A DNA stretch of 64,000 nucleotides from an uncultured Gemmatimonadaceae bacterium. Lineage in GTDB: Bacteria > Gemmatimonadota > Gemmatimonadetes > Gemmatimonadales > Gemmatimonadaceae. The notes below the pieces were generated by a model, which had not been told where the DNA came from, did not search any database, and saw nothing but the letters and a program-made list of their open reading frames with translations. Positions 57,905-64,000 of the stretch are shown piece by piece (position 1 is the first letter of the stretch; every line of letters begins with the position of its first letter). Location of the stretch: NCBI GenBank assembly GCA_963829055.1, contig CAWHHI010000019.1, forward strand, positions 88,718 to 152,717, read 5' to 3'. Made by a program: the position numbers and the translations under genes.

Positions 57905-58094
57905 GCAGGGCGGAGTGAGCGGGTTCGAGGCGAGACCTAGGAGTTCGTGAGACGCAGGCGACTGGCCGGGTGGGCGCCCGCGGGGCGACCGACGCAGGCA
58001 CCTAGGATATAGATTGGAGAGCGACCACCGCAACCGCGTGGGACACGCTCGCTGCGCATGAGCGACCACTCCGACGTTCACCGCACCACTACGT

Positions 58095-58937
58095 ATGCAC
58101 ACTGCTCCGATAGCGCCGCGCGCCGCGAGCCGCCCAGTGCTGGTCGCCGTCACCGCCACGGTCCGTGTTGTCGACGGCGTGGACCGTGTGCGTTTGAACG
58201 CCGCGTATGTCCGGGCGCTCGAGGGTGCGGGGCTCGTTCCGTTGATCGTGCCCCCGCTCGCCGACACGGACGCTGCCGTTCGCATTCTCGATGCCGTTTC
58301 GGGACTCGTGCTGAGTGGCGGTGAAGATGTGGATCCATCGCTCTACGGCGACACACCGCACCCGGCGCTCGGCGCTGTGAATTGCTCGCGTGATGTCACC
58401 GAGCTCGCCCTGCTGGCCGCGGCGCGCGAGCGAAACCTGCCCACGCTCGCGATCTGCCGAGGCATTCAGGTCGTGAACGTCGGACTCGGAGGCACGCTCG
58501 TTCAGGATCTTCCGTCGCAACGGAGCGACGTTGCGGAGCACGAGCTCGACGGGCAGCGGGCGACGCGCGTTCACGGCGTCAGCGTCGAACCGTCGTCGCG
58601 GCTCGCTCGGATCCTCGGCAGCGAGTCGCTCGACGTGAACTCCATCCACCATCAAGCCGTCGATCGCCTCGGTGACGCCATGCGCGTGAGCGCGCGCGCC
58701 GACGACGGCGTGATCGAAGGAGTCGAAAGCGATGACCCCGACTGGTCGATGGTTGGCGTCCAGTGGCACCCGGAGGAGCTTACCGCGACGCCCGAGCCAT
58801 GGGATCGTCGCCTGTTCGATGCATTCGCCGATGCATGTCGCGCCGGGGTCAGCTCAGCATCCACTTCCCTTCCATCCGCACCTGGCGCATCAGCTTCTCC
58901 GGCGAGTGGTGGTTTGGAAAAAGAAGCGCATCGCTGA
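58095..58937 (+). CDS. gamma-glutamyl-gamma-aminobutyrate hydrolase family (peptidase C26)
   Basis: SGGEDVDP, ICRGIQ, NSIHHQAV, VQWHPE. Confidence 0.92.
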   Translation: MHTAPIAPRAASRPVLVAVTATVRVVDGVDRVRLNAAYVRALEGAGLVPLIVPPLADTDAAVRILDAVSGLVLSGGEDVDPSLYGDTPHPALGAVNCSRDVTELALLAAARERNLPTLAICRGIQVVNVGLGGTLVQDLPSQRSDVAEHELDGQRATRVHGVSVEPSSRLARILGSESLDVNSIHHQAVDRLGDAMRVSARADDGVIEGVESDDPDWSMVGVQWHPEELTATPEPWDRRLFDAFADACRAGVSSASTSLPSAPGASASPASGGLEKEAHR

Positions 58938-59577
58938 TGTTGTTGAGCGCCTGACGCAGCAAGGGGAATCGAGCGGCCGCAGCGGCGAACAGCGCGGTCA
59001 ACCCGTGCTCGGCCGCGAGACGATGGTCAGCGGCGAGAGTGAAGCCGCGACGCCCCATCTCCTCGTAGTAGCCAAGGTCAGGTCCTCCGCGCCGCCAGCG
59101 CCGGGTCTCGATGTGATCGGGAAACACGCCGCTCATCCAGAGCGCGTAGTTGCCCAGATGCGCGCGGACCAACAACCCTCGTGGCGCATCGGCGTTCTCG
59201 ACTGCGGCGATGAGCTCGGCGAGCGTGGTGTACGTCTCGTCGTCGGCGTCGCCGACACGAGTCGCTCGCGTTCCGAGTCCGAAGTGGAGCATGATCGACG
59301 CGACGTAGTCAGCGAGCAGACGATCGCCCTCGCCGACATCACGGAGCGCGTGGCGCACGACCACGTACGTGAAGAGCGGCAGCGATGCATGCGCGCCTTG
59401 CCGCGCCGCCATCAGTCCTCGAAGCAGGCGAGGATCATCGAGCAGCGCGTCGAGGCCCTGCTCGCGTAACAGGACTTCGCCTTCCTCGATCGCGTCGCCG
59501 GAACTGCGCGCGACCAGTCTCACCGCCAGTTGCGCATCATCGCGCGTTAGGTGCTGACGCACGTTCGCCAGAATCAT
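58849..59577 (-). CDS. hypothetical helical protein
   Basis: GGAGG RBS; typical codon usage; HLGNYALWMSGVFPD. Confidence 0.75.
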   Translation of the reverse strand: MILANVRQHLTRDDAQLAVRLVARSSGDAIEEGEVLLREQGLDALLDDPRLLRGLMAARQGAHASLPLFTYVVVRHALRDVGEGDRLLADYVASIMLHFGLGTRATRVGDADDETYTTLAELIAAVENADAPRGLLVRAHLGNYALWMSGVFPDHIETRRWRRGGPDLGYYEEMGRRGFTLAADHRLAAEHGLTALFAAAAARFPLLRQALNNISDALLFPNHHSPEKLMRQVRMEGKWMLS

Positions 59578-59854
59578 TCGTCCTCCGTCATTGGGTCCGT
59601 CATGCGGTGCGCCGGGTCAGCGGGCTACCGCTACACTCCCATACCCCCTGACGAAGGAATCGTGCTCGCGGAACGCGTGCGCAACGAGAATCTCGTCGGC
59701 ACTCCTGAGGCGCGAGTGCTAGCACACAGCGCCACGCAGGCGTCGCACTTGTCTTTGCCACGTTAGGCCCGGTTAATTGGAGTGCCAATCGCCGGGGGCG
59801 AGGGATGCGTCGCACCGCGTTGCGGGCGCCCGACGCGCCGCGCATCCTTCGGAT

Positions 59855-60940
59855 GTGACCCAGCCCACAGCCCTGCGAGTGCTCCACCTGGATGCCGGCC
59901 GAGAATGGCGCGGCGGGCAACGCCAGGTGTACCTGCTCGCGCGAGGGCAGCGTGAGCAGGGTCATGAGCCGCTCGTCATCGCGGCACCTGAGTCGCCGCT
60001 CATCCGTCGACTCCGATCGACCGGCATCGCTGCCGCGGCCGTGCGCATGCGCGGCGATTGGGACCTCGCCGCCGCGCGTCGCGTGCGGGCGGTGATTCGA
60101 ACGTGGAATGCCGACCTGATCCACGCTCACGACGCGCGAGCGCATGCGATCGCCCTCGCCTCGCTCATTGGCCGCAACTCGCTGCCGCTGATCGTCACCC
60201 GCCGCGTCCCATTCGTTCCGCGCGGCCGCCTCAAGTACGGACGCCGCGTAGCGCGGTTCATCGCGATCTCGGGCGCCGTTCGCGACGCGCTCGTCGCCGG
60301 CGGCGTCGATCCGGACCGCATCGATCTAGTCTATTCCGGAGTGCCGCGGCCGAGCGTCGTCAAGGCACGCGATTGGCGCCTCGAATGCCGCTGGCCCACA
60401 GACTCGGTGGTGTGCGGGATCGTCGGCGCAATGACGGCCGAAAAGGGCGTCGCGACACTCTCGGAGATCGGCGCCCTCCTGCCGGAAGAAACCCGCGAGC
60501 GCATTCGCCTCGTGCTTCTCGGCGGTCAAGCGGCTGGTAGCCAACCGATCGGCGGGCTCACGGCGTTTCGCGCTGGGTTCGTCGACGAGATCCATGCGGC
60601 GATGGCAGGCCTCGATATCATGCTCCACCCGTCGAGCGCGGAGGGCCTCGGCACCGCCGTCATAGACGCCATGGCGCTCGGCATTCCGCCCATCGCATTT
60701 CGAGTAGGTGGCCTCCCTGAGCTCATCGAGGACGGCCGTTCCGGACTCCTTATCCCGGCCGGGGACATCGCGGCGTTCGCGGCCGCCACTGACCGTCTCG
60801 TTCGGGACCCGGATCTGCGGGCGGCTCTGGCCAGGGCCGGCCCGGAGCGAGCCACCGAGTTCGGTGTCGATCGCATGGTCCGGGGTACCCAGGGAGTGTA
60901 CGCCTCGGTGCTGGCGCGCGGTCTAGCGTTGAGAGGTTAG
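59855..60940 (+). CDS. glycosyltransferase family 4
   Basis: WRGGQRQ, IHAHD, EGLGTAVIDAMALG, GGLPE. Confidence 0.9.
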   Translation: MTQPTALRVLHLDAGREWRGGQRQVYLLARGQREQGHEPLVIAAPESPLIRRLRSTGIAAAAVRMRGDWDLAAARRVRAVIRTWNADLIHAHDARAHAIALASLIGRNSLPLIVTRRVPFVPRGRLKYGRRVARFIAISGAVRDALVAGGVDPDRIDLVYSGVPRPSVVKARDWRLECRWPTDSVVCGIVGAMTAEKGVATLSEIGALLPEETRERIRLVLLGGQAAGSQPIGGLTAFRAGFVDEIHAAMAGLDIMLHPSSAEGLGTAVIDAMALGIPPIAFRVGGLPELIEDGRSGLLIPAGDIAAFAAATDRLVRDPDLRAALARAGPERATEFGVDRMVRGTQGVYASVLARGLALRG

Positions 60941-60981
60941 GTGCGAACGGCTAGCTTTCGCCGACCCTCGGAGCAAACCAC

Positions 60982-61740
60982 GTGCTGTATATCTGCATTC
61001 CCGCGTACAACGAAGCGCCGACGATCGGCGTGCTGCTGTGGCGTATTCGCAAAGTCCTGAAGGACTTCTCTCGCGAGTACGAGATCGTCGTATTCAACGA
61101 CGGCAGCACCGACGCCACCGCCGAGACGCTTCAACCGTATGGCGACGTGCTGCCGCTCAGCGTCCTGGGTGGCGACCGTCACGTCGGCTACGCGGGCGCG
61201 CTGGACGCGCTTTGCAGGTCCGTCGTGACGAAAACGCGGTATCCGCGACGCGACGCGATGTTGCTCATGCAGGGCGACTTCACCGACCAGCCGGAGCACA
61301 TCCCCGAGCTCGTGAAGCGCTTCGAGGGCGGCGCCGATCTTGTCGTCGGCGAGCGAACGACGATACCATCGGCGCCCGTGCCGGTTCGCCGCCTGCGCTG
61401 GGTCGCACCTTGGCTGCTCCGGCCCTTCGTATCGGTTCCCGGCGTCGCGGACCCGTTCGGGTCGTTCCGTCTCATTCGCATCTCCGTCATTCGCGACCTC
61501 GTCAAGCAGAACGGCGACTCACCAATCGTCTCGGGTGAGGGCTGGGCCGCGAACGTGGATCTACTGTCCCGCGCCATTCCCTTCGCGCGCCGGGTGGAGA
61601 CGGTCTCGCTCGAGCAACGCTTCGACATTCGGCCGCGCGAGAGCCGCATCCGGCCATTCGCGGACGCGATGAACCTTTATCGGTTTGCGTGGGCGACCCG
61701 CGGTCGCCGCACTGCCCCGCCGACAACGGCAGCGACATGA
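60982..61740 (+). CDS. glycosyltransferase family 2 (DPM synthase-like)
   Basis: IPAYNEA, NDGSTD; DxD position reads QGD. Confidence 0.82.
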   Translation: MLYICIPAYNEAPTIGVLLWRIRKVLKDFSREYEIVVFNDGSTDATAETLQPYGDVLPLSVLGGDRHVGYAGALDALCRSVVTKTRYPRRDAMLLMQGDFTDQPEHIPELVKRFEGGADLVVGERTTIPSAPVPVRRLRWVAPWLLRPFVSVPGVADPFGSFRLIRISVIRDLVKQNGDSPIVSGEGWAANVDLLSRAIPFARRVETVSLEQRFDIRPRESRIRPFADAMNLYRFAWATRGRRTAPPTTAAT

Positions 61741-62504
61741 TGCCGGTCCTGGTCAGCGTGCTCGCACTCGCGACCGCGCTGACCACACTGATTCAACAAC
61801 GTGACCAACCATCGCCAGCTGTCCCCTTCGGCGTGGGCGAACGGTTCACGTACGACGTGAAGCTGGGACCGTTCAAGGCAGGGCGCGGAAGCATGGAAGT
61901 CACCGGACTCGATACGGTGCGCGGCCACGCGGTGTGGCGCGCGGTGTTCCGCGTGAAGGGCGGCGTCCTCGGCTACAAGGCAGACAACACGATGGAGAGC
62001 TGGATGGACACGCTCTCACTGTTCTCGCTGCGGTTCACGCAGGACTTCGAGCAGACGGGAACCGACCGCAAGAAGCACTACGACATTTATCCGGAGCGCT
62101 CCGTCTACCAGGAGCCTAACAAGCCGGAGCAGCCGTCCGTCCCCGACCCGCTCGACGACGCGTCGTTCATCTATTTCATTCGCACCGTGCCGCTCGAGAT
62201 CGGTCGCACGTACTCGTATGACCGATACTTCCGACCCGACAAGAATCCGGTGCGCATCAAGGTGCTGCGGCGCGAGACAGTGAAGGTGCCGGCCGGTACG
62301 TATCAGACCATCGTCGTTCAGCCGATCATCAAGTCGAAGGGCATCTTCTCGGAGAATAGCAAAGCCGAGATCTGGTTCTCCGAGGACGCGAACCGCATCA
62401 TGGTACAGCTCAAGGCCGACCTTCCGGTGGGGTCGCTCAATCTGTACCTAACGTCGGCACGACCACCCACGCTCTCGATCCCGACTCCCGTATCGCCTCC
62501 GTGA
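61737..62504 (+). CDS. DUF3108-like secreted protein
   Basis: PFGVGERFTY, ETVKVPAGTY, IWFSED. Confidence 0.75.
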   Translation: MMPVLVSVLALATALTTLIQQRDQPSPAVPFGVGERFTYDVKLGPFKAGRGSMEVTGLDTVRGHAVWRAVFRVKGGVLGYKADNTMESWMDTLSLFSLRFTQDFEQTGTDRKKHYDIYPERSVYQEPNKPEQPSVPDPLDDASFIYFIRTVPLEIGRTYSYDRYFRPDKNPVRIKVLRRETVKVPAGTYQTIVVQPIIKSKGIFSENSKAEIWFSEDANRIMVQLKADLPVGSLNLYLTSARPPTLSIPTPVSPP

Positions 62505-63470
62505 CCAACCGCGAAGCGGACCTCGCCGCCGTGCGCACTGTGCCCATCGCGCGACGGCCCAACAAGGTGCGCGCCGAGGAGTTCGCGTCACCTCCGTCTG
62601 CTGGGGATCGGTCGTTCGCGGCATTTCTCGCGTCGCTTCCCGATGTCCTCGTCGCGCGTGACTTCCTTCGCGTGATCGACGCGGTCGCGGAGGCGAAGCG
62701 ACAGCAGCGCGGCGTGATCGTCATGCTCGGCGGTCACATCGTCAAAACGGGGTTCGCGCCACTGTTGATCGACCTCATGCGACGCGGCGTGATCACGCAT
62801 CTCGCCATGAACGGATCGGCGGCCATTCACGACTACGAGGTCGCCCGGTTCGGCGGAACGTCAGAGGACGTTGCTGCCGGCCTGCGCGATGGCACGTTCG
62901 GGATGGCGGAGGAAACCGGCAAAGGGCTGAACGAAGCGTTCGTCGCCGGCATGCGGGACGGTCGCGGGATGGGCGAGTCGGTCGCGCTGGCGCTGGAAGC
63001 GACACCGAATCTCGCGCACCCGGAGCTCTCCGGTCGTACTCGCCGCGCACCGGCTGTCGATCCCCGTGACGGTACACGCCGCGTTAGGCGCCGAGATCAT
63101 CCACCAGCATCCGGCGGCGAACGGTGCCGCGATCGGCGACACGAGCCACCGGGATTTCCGTCGATTGGCGGGGTCGCTTCCCGTGATTCACGATGGCGGG
63201 GTGGTACTGAATCTCGGCAGCGCAGTGATCATGCCCGAGGTGTTTCTCAAGGCGCTGACGATCGCGCGCAATCTCGGCAACGGGCGCCCGACGCACTTCA
63301 CCACGTGTGATCTCGACATGCAGCGGCATTACCGCCCTCGCGTGAACGTCGTGCAACGCCCGACGCTCGACGGCGGTGCCGGCTACGAGATCACGGGACA
63401 CCACGAGATCATGGTCCCGTTGCTCGTCTGGGGCATCATCGACCGCCTGGACCGTGGCGTCGTTAGGTAG
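62501..63470 (+). CDS. deoxyhypusine-synthase-like fold protein (frameshift near 63030)
   Basis: GGHIVKTG, AMNGSAAIHD, TVH, GSAVIMPEVFLKAL, GHHEIM. Confidence 0.65.
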
Positions 63471-63828
63471 GGCAGATCCGACGTAGCGAGGCCGCACGCA
63501 GAAAGTCCGCACCCGCTGGTCCGTGGAGGACGCGACGGACGCAGAGAACGGCTTCGGCAACCCTCTCAGACGAAGGGACAAACGGATGCACCGGATCTGA
63601 CGGATTGACTCCCAGCACGCGACGGATGCTCTCGCGACGAGTTTCGAAAGGGCACGCAGTGTCGGGACGCATTGAATTCGTGTCTCGGGTCGGTTGCCAG
63701 GGAATCCGGCCGCTTGCGCGATAGACTGTCCCGGTCGCAATCGGATCAGGCCCTTTCAGTCATTTCCGGCCTCTTCTCGAAACACCTTCGTTCTCGATGT
63801 TTGCCGGGCCAGCAGTTGACGAACGCAA

Positions 63829-63865
63829 AAGGCCCGGGCGCGATCGGTCGTCGCGCCCGGGCCTT
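63829..63865 (-). terminator. intrinsic terminator for the minus-strand gene at the window end
   Basis: aaggcccgggcgcga-7nt-tcgcgcccgggcctt with an A-run on the left. Confidence 0.75.
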
Positions 63866-63912
63866 CTGGTTTCGACCTCGCGCTGCCAGGGTCGCTTCCG
63901 ACCCGGCCAGAA

Positions 63913-64000
63913 TCACACGCCGTTGCCCGACCACTTCTCGCGCAGACGACGCGCGGTGTCAGGGCTGAAGATTCTGATGGCGAGATAGATCGCGCCGCCG
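63913..64000 (-). CDS. 3' end of a probable membrane protein
   Basis: ...GGAIYLAIRIFSPDTARRLREKWSGNGV*, followed by the terminator. Confidence 0.5.
   Translation of the reverse strand, partial: GGAIYLAIRIFSPDTARRLREKWSGNGV

Noticed and set aside
63499..63580. GAAAGTCC (RNase P-like) and CTCTCAG..GGACA (glycine-riboswitch-like) fragments
   Set aside because: Isolated partial matches; the remaining conserved motifs and gene context are missing

Overview
GC-rich (roughly two-thirds G+C, estimated by eye) bacterial chromosomal segment. Gene content and protein style suggest Gemmatimonadota (inference). It is mostly core genes: gyrB, ligA, pyrimidine-nucleoside phosphorylase, tdk, folE, coaE, gcvH/gcvP, a lipoate ligase, an Opp/Dpp ABC operon, a POT transporter, glycosyltransferases and a PspA-like gene. 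About a dozen single-base frameshifts, including one in essential ligA, look like long-read indel errors. Main points of interest: (1) a strongly over-represented 7-mer, CCTAACG/CGTTAGG (about 45 copies by manual count), placed inside genes through rare codons and at stop codons; (2) an archaeal-style nurA-herA-(secreted protein)-mre11-rad50-GNAT end-resection cluster; (3) a DeaD-like protein whose helicase motifs are all degenerate; (4) a PTPS-II (CX5HGH) plus SDR pair suggesting biopterin synthesis, behind a structured leader with a terminator; (5) a BlaI/M56 pair with tandem operators and an SDYE-repeat sensor; (6) a GGA-rich candidate sRNA; (7) GTCATYCCGAGCG REP-like and heptamer-repeat intergenic elements. 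No rRNA, tRNA, CRISPR array or transposase was recognised.
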